From: Hydrurus foetidus
Taxonomy: Eukaryota
DNA length: 20,480 nt
Direction: 5' to 3'
Assembly: GCA_900617105.1 (NCBI GenBank)
Contig: UYFQ01000611.1
Span: forward strand, 62,001-82,480
A program made the position numbers and the translations under genes. A model generated the notes under the pieces. The model did no database searches. It was not told where the DNA came from and saw nothing but the letters and a program-made list of their open reading frames with translations. This document shows, in pieces, positions 9,326 to 20,480 of the stretch; the stretch's first letter is position 1; the number at the start of each line of letters is the position of its first letter.

Positions 9326-11084
9326 TTTATAGCGAAGGTTCGCTGCATTGGAAAGGAGCGGATGTTGGAATCGAAAAGGATCACTCTTAATTATTATATT
9401 AAAGTGGGTCCTTCTACACATGTTTCATTTCATTTCAATAATATTTTTTTAAAGGAAAACCGCATGAAAATAACGCGACATAGAAAGTGTTGCTGATACG
9501 TAATTTCGAACGTAATTTTCTCCGCTATTATAATAATACCAGCTGACGGCATTTGGTCAAATACTTCAAATCTATCCGAACACGAGAAGAGGCGGGTGAG
9601 CTGAGGTACAATTAGGGAAAGTTTCGTTTGTCTAACCTTTTAGGACGGTAATGACTTCCACAGTCCGATACTGGCATGATACGACTAGTGTACTCAGATG
9701 CGACACTTTACGTTCACGTAATATAATTTTGGTGACTGGCTGATTAGTGTAACTGATGGACAGGGTTGTTAATATCTGACGCACTGACTACATAATTGGC
9801 AACCGTGCTCAATATATATTTCGAAGGAAGGAGGGAAACATCAAATGATAACGAAAGAAATCACAACAGGATATTTTGAATGAAGAGTGTAGAGCGGAAA
9901 GAGTGAATAAAGGGATGTGGGATGAGGAAAAACAGGACAGCATTGCGTAGTTTAGAATAGTGGCGTGGAGAAACAGAAGATATCGAGGGCGCATATAAAT
10001 TATATAAGCGCCCAAGTAGGCTCTGACGTGTGATGATACGTCTACCGCAGTTTAGTGGAAAGAGAGGAGTAAAGGTCAGCGCCACACCGAGATACTGGCT
10101 GGCAGGCGTATAGGCAGAACTGAGTTGAGAGACCTTTTTACCATTTCCGAGGCAAGATATGCTATGCTGTCTTTTCTCTTCGTCTTGCATCATCATTTTT
10201 TTTCTCGTCACGCCAGTATTGCTACATTTAATTTTACTGTACTGGCTTCACTTCTATCTGTATTGCAGAAGCTTTATTCTGCGTTGCATACAAAGGTGTG
10301 TGGTGTGGGGAAGGGGTGGAAAGAGGGAATGGCATAGCTTGGCATGGTACGCTAAAGGGACGTAAACTATCCGGATTCTCGAACAGAATATTTCTGATCG
10401 GGAATAAAATCGATTAATTGCACTCGGATTTGAAATTGAAAGAACGTTGACTGTCCTAGAGCGATGGGCCTCACCATATAGGATAGAGTGCAGAGAGTGA
10501 AGAGGAGAGGAAGTGGAGGTGTACCATCTCACGCACGTACTCGGCTTAAAACCCCATTGACCTTACCGACAGGACAGGGGGTAGATGGATTGCCTTCCAC
10601 GATTCCACTACTTGCACTCTCTCTCTTGTCTGCCTTCATTCTCACGCTTGACTTGCGTTGACGCGACTGTAATTTCGTCATTCGCTGTCCTTCTTTTCTT
10701 ATTTTTCATCTCGTTTCATTTTTTGTCTATAACTTGTGCACATTTATTATTTTATCCTACTTAATCTTCAGGTCACTTCATGACTTGATTTGTCTTGCTT
10801 CTCTAACCGAACAACGAAATTGCACACGTACGGGTGTGGCTAGAAACGGCACTGGATAGATTTGGATGGACGCGCTAGGGTTGTGTTGAGTTGAACGGAA
10901 TGAAATTTGACTTGAAATTGACTCGAATTTGAGTACCTTGATTTGAGGGCGGACACGTAGTATAAGATAGGTCAGGACGGAATAAGATAGGAAGGAATAG
11001 AATAGGAAGCAGAAGAAGTGACGCACTGCTGCGCATCCCTAAGCGATGTGCAGTAAATGATGCTCTATCTTTCCCTCACTGCAC

Positions 11085-14000
11085 TCACAGGTCTCGAAGG
11101 AAAGAAGGCAGCTGAGCCTCGGATTTCTCTCTTTCTCTTTCTCTCTCCCATTCTTTTTCTCTTTGCAGCGCCGCTGATTGCATTTGCGCTCGTGACTTTT
11201 CTTCAGCCACGCCCATACCCACTCCCATACTGAGACGCTGTGATATCAAAAGACAAAAGAAGTTGAGAAGGAGATGAGGTAAGAGGAGAGGTGATTAGAA
11301 GGTGGTTGGATGTGAGGTGAAGTGTAATTCTAGTCTGGAAAACAGAGTATTATTCTTTGATAATGACGGTTGTAATCATTTTGTGGCACACACAGACCAA
11401 GCCGTAGCTGTACTATGATGTGAAGATGGCTCTTATAATGAGGTTAAGATCTACAAGCAATGGTATGACAAATTCAGGAGACTACGCTACGACATGAAGG
11501 AGTCTTGTGTGATAGAGACTATTGTGTGATGTGAGAGAGGCTGTTAAAGGGAATGTCCACCTGCTGCTGAGCTGCCCACATGTGATCCAGCAGTGACTCT
11601 CTTTCAGCTGAGATTCCTCTAGTAAGGGCACTGAACCCCGACCCCTGAGAGGATGGAAAGGGACCGTCTACATTGTGCATCGACTGTGACTGTGACTGAG
11701 GGTACTGCTGCTGTCTGAGCAGTTGGGAGGAGTGTTGCTGAGACGAGAGGGACCAGTTATCGAAGTCACTGGTGTCTGCCATCATGCCCATTCCCGTGCT
11801 AGGAGATCCTTCTCGCATCATAGGCGATGCGTCTCTGTGCAGATCTCTGTGTCCTTGCAGAAGGGGAGATGAGGAAGACTTCATTAATCCGTTCATGCTA
11901 CTGCTGTTGTTGTTCGTGATGTTGGCGTTGTAGTTGAGACGATTTGTCTGGGCGATGAAAGCTGATGTGTTGGGGGCCATAAGACGCTTTGACTGGTGGC
12001 CGGGTAGGCTGTGAGATAGCGGGGACGTGGAGGAGGTGGATCCCTGGTCAGATAGAGGCGATCTGCTTGCACGTGACCCGGGATAAGGTGAATTAGAGTG
12101 GTGATCTAATCTCTGCGTTTGACTCTGTCCTCTGCCTAGCTGTCCTTGCATTTGATGGTGGCCTGCGAGTGCCATACGGTTTGCCCTCATTCTGGAGTTG
12201 CCTTCCTCAGGATGATCAACCCAGTTGACATCGAACTCCTCTTCAGGCGGGGGATACATGTAGCTGTTGTTGCTGGGTCGGGTGTGTGCACTTGGAACCG
12301 GACTGTACCTCCCTGTGAAAAATGAAGATTGTAGGATAGGGTGAGAAAGGAGGATTAATAGATACTGTAAGATAGGAGGAGAGAAGAATAGGGTTCGAAT
12401 TTAAGTATAGGGTAGGAGTATAGGATAAAGTGAAAGGAGTACTGGGTAAGATGGGAGTAGTGATGATAAGGAAGAAGTAGTCAAGAAAATGCATGTAGTG
12501 CGTGTACATTGAGAAATATCGTTAGCCAGTGGTGTCAAAATAGATAAATCATGAAATACACATAAAACGAATTCCAAGACAACTCATACAATAATTTGCA
12601 TCTAATGTACCTGCTGTGGGTGGTGAAGCGCCTTGATGTGACCCTGGGCTGGACCCCATATTGGGGTATCCTCCTTTGAACCCCTGTTTCGCTCCATTGA
12701 TGGGCAGTGGAGGAGTTTTACTCACAGCTGGGGTGGATGCGGTACTGGCACCGAACTTACCGGGCACCCACACTTGCATTTCCTTTACCACAAAGGGCTG
12801 TATGAAGGGAGGGGTAGGGGGTTTGAGGGGAGGGGAGGGTACCGTGATAGGACTCTGATGTTTGGATATTGTCTGCAAAGGGGAGAGACTCTTGTACTCA
12901 TGTGGACTGTCCGTAGATTTCATCGACACGGATGTGGGAGGACGGGTGCTAGATACATTAGGAGGGGCTTGGCCTGAAGTAATGTTCTGAGACCTTCTTT
13001 GGAGGGTTTTCTGATGCAGGTAGTAAGCATTTCTGTCATCACCATCAGGACCCACATTGGTGATGCCACTGGAAGGTGTTCTTACACCCGTGTAGCCGAG
13101 GGGGTAAGACATAGGATCCCTGCCAGAGCTTTCTCTGGAGAGTAGAGGACTGCCGAATTGAGAGAAAGCACGCATATTTTGATCCATCTGTCCTTCTGGA
13201 AGGTTGATGAAGAAATCCCCACTGCCTTGATCGGATTCGAATGATGAGAAGGACTTGGATATAGTCCTGTCAGACAGGCCGCGGTTCTCCAGTCCCTCCT
13301 GTGCTTCCCTGTGGGAGAAGGCAGAAGGTGTAGTAGATCCACCCTCTGAAGCTGTCTCGCTGTCACCTTGATCCTTGTACTCTTTGACGCTCCTAGTCGT
13401 AGCGACAGGTGACACCTCATACACACTCTCCTGATCTGCTCCCTTCACTACACAGCTGTTTGGGTGCAGTAGAGATCTCAGATGGGACGAGCCGTCTGGC
13501 AGAGGTACAGGGACGGGGAGAGGGGTGGCGGTGGGTGTGTTCGTGTCCATGGTTGCACTGATCTTCATCTTCAGGGTTGACTCGGCTAGTCGGAAGTTCG
13601 CTTCGATGCCTTCAACGTCAGACGAGAGGAGGGAGGAGATGGTTGCCCCACAGTTAGACCGAAGCACTGACGGGTCCTTCACTACAATGCTCTTGGAGAG
13701 GGTAGGGAATGTCTCACTCACGACACGCATGATTCTGTCAGAGCCTTCGAAGGCACAGCTGGCAGACTCCGTGTCGGTGTTAGTGTTCTCTGTTTCCTGT
13801 ATGGTGTAGAGGATGCTCTGCAGACCAGACAAGCCGGCTGATAGGATGCGCTTCACAGTGCTGCATCGTATCTGCGTAGCCAACTTGGTCGACTTAGTGC
13901 CTATATCGCACAGGTTGGTCCATGCGTGTGTGGGGTCCAGTATACACATGCTGGTACAGTTGTCATTCGTGCGCTCATTGAAGGAGAATGCAGGCTTGCT

Positions 14001-15269
14001 GTTGGCTCGGCTTCTCTCGGAGGTGGTCTTCTTGTCGTTGACTTCACTGTCACAGGAAGCATCCTCCTCGTCTGTCTCTCCGCTCTGCCGACTGCTGCTC
14101 ACGCGTGAGACAGTGTACTGAGGTTGTAAAGAAAGGCCCAGTCTTGCCCTCACCTTGCACGCCATGGCACAGAGGGGGGTATTTCCAGTGACGGGTACAG
14201 GGATGGACCGGACAGAGGGATCGCAAGAGGGGGGGCTGGAGGTCTTAGACTGTATGCTTGACTCGTCCATCTCACTGCTGAGACAGTCACCGGTATAACT
14301 GCTGCTACTTCCGGGCAGGGCGATCGCACCGGTGATGCTGATAGCCCACTTGTTCCATTCGAAACGGGAAAATACGTTGAGGAAGCCGAGCAGCACTTGG
14401 AATGGGTTTAGAACTTCTGTTCCGGCATTAGTACTGCCAGCCATGATGTTGGAGGAGAACAGCCACATCAACATAGTCTCGATGACTCTGTCGCCGAGCA
14501 GCGTATTGATGGCATCTTTCACAGCTGCGAGAAGTTGTGCAGGATAGATGGGATAGATGTCAGGGTTCAAGTAGTTGTCGATGATAATATTGAGTACAGA
14601 GTCATGAGTTAAGTCTAATGACGTACCAGAATCATCGCTTTTATCTTGGCCAATTTGTATGCTTGGCGCTTCGAAGTTGCACCAGGCTCTCACAAGCAAT
14701 ATAGATCGCTTAAGCAAACTGTCGTTTCCTACGCATGCGTTTGCATCTTCGAGCATCGAAGCGAAGGCAAGAGAAGAGATGTTATTAGACTTTATTGTCA
14801 CGAGAGTGCCGTCTACAACTGCCTCGAGACTCTTTTCCTTCGGGAAAAAGGAGACTCTTTCGACGGTGGCATTTTCCATCTCCTTTCTGTTGAGGACAGG
14901 CCCTTCTGAGTCCATGCAGCTCCTGTCCTCGGATGACTGTATGCACAGAGCTTCGTACAAGCTGAGGTACCACTTGTCGCATTGGGGGCTCTCAGCCTTG
15001 TCGTAGAAAAGAGTGAGCTCGATTTGTTCGGAGTTGCGCCGTCCAGAATTGGTTCCGGTGGGCGATAGTGAAAGAGAGGTCTTCGAGAGGGTTCCTCCGA
15101 CACAAATCGGCTTCAAGCCAGAGTATTCCGTGGATAGCGCTCCTATCCAATTCGCGATGGATCGTTTGTGATTCCTCACATTATCGGCAGATTCGGAGTC
15201 CAAGATGCTTAGTAGAAGGAGGTTTGTCGCCTGAGAAACACATGAGTCTGCTACGCATAATCCCTCCAT
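11085..15269 (-). CDS. PAP/OAS1-substrate-binding-domain nucleotidyltransferase-family protein with long disordered C-terminus; predicted exons 15269-14627, 14524-12611, 12312-11561, 11237-11085 (about 1153 aa)
   Basis: Motifs VGNDSLLKRSILLVRAWCNFE, IETMLMWLF, PFQVLLGFLNVFSRFEWNKWAISITG and ILDPTHAWTNL resemble, from memory, plant/algal NTase-family proteins (LFKRSIILIKAWCYYE...FLEFFSKFDW...IDPL..NNLG). Three GT-AG introns join the exons in frame (3462 nt total). Confidence 0.75.
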
Positions 15270-16731
15270 TTACTAGGGTGATGCGTATTATATTAATTTT
15301 GAGGGAAGGGCTCTTCTTCGCCGATGATGTCTTGCGCGGTGTTCTAAGTCGTTTCAGTTGGGTTTCGCGAGCCCACGGATCACTTGTTGAAGTATTCAAA
15401 TTGCATTCGAAGGCGAAGAAGGGGAGATGTTAAGATTCTCTCGAGTATGGGGCTCTCCTGGTAAGTGATTCGCAGGACGCCCTTGTGATGATCGAGGTGA
15501 TGCTGTTTCAGATGGAAACAATTACTATCTTCGTCTGCGTGACAGTCCACAAGTCAATTATCAAGTCAAAGAATGTCGTCCCTTTCTCCCGAATTTTGAG
15601 TTTTGAGTGGGAGAATTGAATCGTCACCCTCCCATTTCAACCTCCTGCCATGTGTGGGTTTCGGTTTCGACTTCAAAAATATTCGTACTTTGATCCGTTT
15701 TACACCGGAACTCCGTTAAACCGTTACACCGGTATATCGTGATACGTTATACCATCTCCCGTCATATACCGCACAACACTGTGCACCACCCATACCTGGA
15801 TTTGAAAATGGGACCCAAATACAACAACATAGACCGGGAACACGTGATCCAGCAAAAAGGAAAAAGCATACTTCTGGGACAACCTATATTTGCAGGAGAA
15901 AGTCTCAGTGTGATTTGAGTGCAACTTTGTAGGAAACTACGAGTCGGAAACTAAAAAATCGTTTTTGCAACTTCAACGCTGAATGGTATCTATCTACATT
16001 ATTTACCATACCGACTACAAGCATGATTTTCAGCTTCTGCTCCTTCAATTGATCCATGGGTCCGTCCTACTGCCACCAAAATTTAATACTGTGAACTAAA
16101 CTACCTCTTCCTATTGAAGAGTACAAAAAACCTGATTTTTTACCCAGAATAAATCTTTCCATAGAAGAGGTAGAATGCACAGATTGAGAAAATAAATAAA
16201 TGTGAAATAAATTAGGGATAGTGTCGAGAATGAACTCCTAGTAAAGGATCATGAATGGCGGGAAAATGAGACCAATATAGAAGGCCACTAGACTAGTACG
16301 CACCGTCATTAGTAAACATGCTACAAAATGCCAAAGCAGGTGGGCATGGGTTATATCAAGATGTTCATGATGTTGAATATGTTTGGAAAGTCGGAATGAA
16401 GTAGAGGTAGGTGAGAAAAGTTTGACTGTTGCACTCCGACCCGGGACCTCGACCCGGGTCCCCCTTTGTTGATATTGCAGGTTGAATTGCGTACCAAGTG
16501 TGAAACGAATGGACTTGTTTCACGGGTGTTGGAATTAAATGATGTGTGAGATGTGAAATTGCAAGTTGACTATGAGATACTGTGACTGCACTGCATGTGT
16601 TTGAATCTAGTAGCGTACGACATGGAGAGTACGGACTGTGCAAACGTACGTACTGCGTGAACGTACAGTACGCGGATCAACACACCTTCTCAAACAGATA
16701 AGGTGGTGTTCACGTATTTATTTGTATTTTC

Positions 16732-17296
16732 TGGTCAAATTCCCACGAGCCACGAGTGTTGACGCAGTTGGTTAGAGATAATCAGTTGTAAACGAAAGGC
16801 CGCCGGCTCGTGTCCCAGTGTGATTTAGCTTTCGGTAGTGTGGATGTCGGAGTGTTAAAAAGTGCGTGAATCTCCCGCACCCGTCTCTGTGAGACGGTGC
16901 TATGTGAAACATGGGCTCCCTAGGTGACTGCAAAGTCGGCATTCAGTTTTGTTGCGGGTTCTTTTTCCATTTTGCTGCTCGAGCAGCTGACGATGAGAGT
17001 AGCGCAGCAGATGGTGCCGGAGGCACGTGGACTAGGAGGGGCATGAACGATTGGTGGACGTTGTGACCCGCACAGCTGTACAGCTGTACGGGTACAGGCG
17101 TACGTTCGGTTCGGATCGGGGACGATCCGAGCCATCCGATTCATGACTTGCCTATCGCTGTGTTTATCTGTAAGCTAACCACATCTCTTTAGCAATAGCA
17201 CCAGCACACCAGCTGCCTTTCCCTTGCCCACGCGCCCCGTTCCATCAGACCCACCGCTGAGCCCAGAGTTAGGCCATAATACTAGTATTTGGACCA
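16732..17296 (+). repeat. Candidate 5' LTR (565 bp)
   Basis: Begins TGGTCAAAT and ends ATTTGGACCA (TG...CA, imperfect terminal inverted repeat), followed 3 nt later by TGG. The second LTR copy is not in the window. Confidence 0.6.
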
Positions 17297-17299
17297 ACT

Positions 17300-17310
17300 T
17301 GGTGCTCTTT
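17300..17310 (+). promoter_or_regulatory. Candidate tRNA primer-binding site (TGGTGCTCTTT)
   Basis: TGG-starting tract 3 nt after the LTR-terminal CA, complementary to a tRNA ending ...GAGCACCA. The tRNA identity is unverified. Confidence 0.55.
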
Positions 17311-17827
17311 TTAGAGACCAGTTCCAAAAAGCGTTCCAAAAACATCGCCACGACCCGTGAAACGGCGTGCAAACAAGCTAGTAACTTGGAAACAAGTGAA
17401 AACAACGTCGAAAGACACTACAAAGGCTACGTCTAACCGACAGCCTCTGAAACGCTTTAGTTAAAAAGCTCGAGTCGTCGATATTTTCGCGACAAAATCG
17501 TGACGGCTTCAAAACTCGAAGCCTAACGAAGCAAGTAGCTCTGAGTCGAGCAAAAGCAAGTCCCATCGTTATAGAAACGAAAGCTGGCCAAAACGCCCGC
17601 AGTTTAGTTCCTTGAGAGGTTCAAACCGCCAGGCAACTTTTCGAGCGATTTCCGACGAAATCGCGCGAAAGTAAACCACCAACAGCTCCGTCAGTTAAAG
17701 GATCCTACGATCCCACGACATCATAGCTGCGGGGCTATATCCTCAGCTCCATAGAGAGCCGCGTCCGAGTTCCGTCGCTGTCCAAGACCCCAAGATCCAC
17801 GCGTTTAAGACTCAAGACAAAAGTCCC

Positions 17828-18430
17828 ATGACAAGGGCCCAAATAAAGAAGAAAGCGGCTGCTAACGCAGCCGCCTCTGCTTCTTCAGCTCCAAGCGCTT
17901 CGCGCAGTGCTCCTCTCACTGAGAAGGAAAGGCACAAAGCGGAGCAGGCCCTGTAAAGAAAACATCGAGAAATCGATACAGGCTCTGGCCAAAGAAGCAA
18001 TACATGTTTCGGCTACCCCAACTCGTCTTGAGGACGAACAAATTTTCTTCCAAAGCGTCATAGCAGCAACAAAAGAAATGCAAGCAGCTCACAACTAGAG
18101 CAAGCACAAATAGCTGCTGCACAAGCTGCTGCCGACGCTTTAGAACCCTCAAACGACGAGCTCCTCGGGTTGGCACCCGAGGAAGCCGAGGGCGAGACAG
18201 ACTCTCCCTCGATACCCGCGGGTACTTAAAAAGAGGGGAGAAATCTCGATACTCCCTCCGCGACTGCAACAGATCGGTGCAGAGGACGATCTGTTCGAAC
18301 CATCAGTCGACGCCAAAGTCACAACAACAAAGGCATCCGACACCGGCAAGGCCGAGGCCGACGCCGAGTCAGATCCGGAGGCTGACGCCGACGGTGACGA
18401 CAATGCCAACAACAACGACGACGACAAACC
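17828..18430 (+). pseudogene. Frameshifted N-terminal part of the LTR-element gag
   Basis: MTRAQIKKKAAANAAASASS... can only be continued by switching between frames +2 and +3 near 17954, 18090, 18273 and 18430, and it has an in-frame TAA near 18227. Confidence 0.6.
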
Positions 18431-20480
18431 CCCGACGAGTCCGACGACGACAACGACAGTAACGTCGACGACGTTAACGACACGGGAGGCGATGGTGGCA
18501 ACCCCGACAGCTCCTCCGACGAGTCCGACGCAAGTAGTGGCGACGGGGACGACGGAGAGGGTGACGGGGACGACGACGGGAACGACAACAGCGACGACGA
18601 TGAAGCGAAAGCTGAAGTCGAAGTCGAAGACGACGAGGAGGTCGAACCCGAAAAGTCTAAGCCCAAGGACAAGAAGTCCCTTAAGATAAAACCCCTCGCC
18701 AAGAAAAAGTCCCCAAAGGCGGGTCCCAAACCCGCCCCAAAGGACAAAAAGGTGAAAACCAAAGCCGATGCCAAATCCGGTAAAACACACCGCGCGCAAA
18801 AGGCGGAAAACTCGGAAGAGGATTCCCCTCCACAACGCAAAGCGGGTTTGCAAACCTCCATCATCAACATGAAGGAGGCGTACTACCTCACTCGAGAAAA
18901 ACTTCTCGACGACGCTGATAAAGCAGCAAGAGCGTTTTACGAACAAGCATACCGCCCCGGTATGTTAACCAGTTGGGAAATGCTAATCGAAATGGATGCC
19001 ATCCAAACGATCCGCGACCAGTTGCTTCGATGCAAAAGCGAGACAGGTTACAACACCAAGACTTGTCTCGCCTGGCCAACGGTCGAAGGCAAAACGTTAA
19101 CGTTAAAGAACATTGCAAATGATCTTAAAAAGATCTTTTACAAAAACAAACGTACGTCTTCCCATTTCGACTTCGAAATGAAGTTGAAAAATTGCAAATT
19201 CCGCATCAGCTGGAAAGATCCTTCTGTTGAAGACAGAGCTCTCTCTGAGTTCCGTGACATCCTACTCGGATTCTGGACGTCATACGACAATATCGATGCC
19301 GACATGCAAAATGATATCTGTAAGGCCTTCTACAAGAAGCTGCCAAAGAACAACAAGTTTACAGACAATTTCATGGCAAAGACAAAACGTAAGACGAAAA
19401 AGACCGGGAAAGATACCATCTTCAAAATGCTCACGCGTCTTGTCGTCATGCTGGGCGAAGCACGCCAGATGATCAAAGACGCGGAGGACATGGGAGGTCT
19501 CGACTTCGTCTTCGAGTCAAAGCTCACGCCAACAGACCAAGACGACGTTGAGGTCGCACCTCACCGTGACAGCCACTCGGCCAACGCCTACAAGGCAATC
19601 CCAAAACGTCAGGTGGACCCTGAGTCGTCCGGCCTCAGCCGGGCGACCAACTTCTGTCACACATGTGGCAAAAAGGGACACAACCGTTATGAATGCCAAA
19701 ACCACATGAACCCTCACTGCAACCGTAGTCATCGCACTTGGTCGCATTCTGAGGAGGCAAAGGACTTCAAACGGATTGGTCACGAATTCTTCGTACCAAA
19801 TGTGTACATCAACGGGGAACTTACCCGGGACACCAACAACCCCGGGGCAGCTACCTACGTGTACCCATCTGACGATGTGGAGAACGACTTCTCTCCTCCA
19901 GGGAGAGCCCAAGACGACCGTCCGACCAAGAAACAAAAGCTGGCCACCAACAACAACACCAAGTACAACAAGTACAAGAGCAACCAGACTCAACCGGATA
20001 GGGACAACGATCGTTCCAACACGAACAAGTTGAGCTCCAACTACAAGGGAAAAAGTAAGTCACAACTTGCTAACCCAAGTACGGACATAATCGAGTACGC
20101 TCGAGAATTACCGTCAATGAAACAACTTCTATCAGCTGTATTAACTGAAAACATAGATGATTTCTTACAAGTTCACATATCTCTACCACAGATCCGATCG
20201 CCAACTTCAAACCAAGTCGCGACCGACCTGACGATCGCAGGGACAACTCGCACCAGGCGGAGAGCAAGGAGGGGGACAGACATAAATCTTCCTCTTCTTC
20301 CTCCTCCTCCAACCAATACGTACCAAACTAGAGGCATGGAAGCCTTAGCCCAAATCGACACTGGATGTCAAGTCGGGGACGTCATCAACGGTAGAGTCCT
20401 TCGGGGCCTCCGTGGCGAAACCCACTTGAGGAATTCCGACTCACCCATGTGGATGTGTAGTGGCTTAAATAATCAATGTA
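18386..20480 (+). CDS. Gag-protease (gag-pol) ORF of the LTR retrotransposon, open to the window end
   Basis: Frame +2 has no stop from 18386 to the end (absent from the ORF track; first ATG 18869). It has an acidic block then a Lys/Pro-rich block, zinc knuckle CHTCGKKGHNRYEC (19655-19696), and protease DTG at 20357-20365. Confidence 0.88.

Larger units (their letters stand above)
16732..20480 (+). mobile_element. LTR retrotransposon, 5' part (probably Ty3/Gypsy-like), truncated by the window end
   Basis: Candidate LTR and PBS, then a gag with a CCHC knuckle and an aspartic protease ALAQIDTG. RT and integrase lie outside the window, so the superfamily is tentative. Confidence 0.8.

Noticed and set aside
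8847..10740. Several 60-116-aa ORFs and a possible minus-strand exon (MKNKKRRTANDE...VLS|GTAAGG, about 10567-10710)
   Set aside because: No recognisable domain and no consistent multi-exon model; could be UTR or intergenic.
11519..12259. 246-aa ORF as a separate gene
   Set aside because: It splices in frame to the 906-aa ORF through intron 12610-12313, so it is an exon of the NTase-family gene.
18426..18434. AAACCCCC as a programmed -1 frameshift site
   Set aside because: It does not fit X XXY YYZ in the incoming frame and is one of several nearby indels.
18149..18946. Long minus-strand ORFs (265 aa, 183 aa) and 19517-19993
   Set aside because: Antisense shadows of the low-complexity GAC/AAC/AAG-rich gag sequence.

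Overview
Eukaryotic nuclear DNA with short GT-AG introns, probably from a protist or alga (lineage not determinable from this window). It holds four main things. (1) An apparently intact tyrosine-recombinase retrotransposon of the Ngaro/PAT type (917-7638) with split direct repeats A1-ORFs-B1-A2-B2 and gag (CCCH finger), RT/RNase H and YR ORFs. (2) The nuclear gene for complex I subunit NDUFS8/TYKY, about 220 bp downstream of the element. (3) A 4-exon minus-strand gene for a PAP/OAS1-like nucleotidyltransferase-family protein with a degenerate catalytic motif. (4) The 5' part of an LTR retrotransposon (LTR, PBS, gag with CCHC knuckle, protease) that runs off the window end. The most interesting signal is in the YR element: all three ORFs are in frame +2, the gag stop sits in a TGA-CTA readthrough context, and one phase-1 splice donor just after it fits two phase-1 acceptors, one before RT and one before YR. 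This predicts readthrough plus alternative splicing to make Gag, Gag-RT/RH and Gag-YR. The LTR element separately appears to use a 137-nt intron to make a Gag-only protein. All splicing and readthrough models are inferences from sequence.
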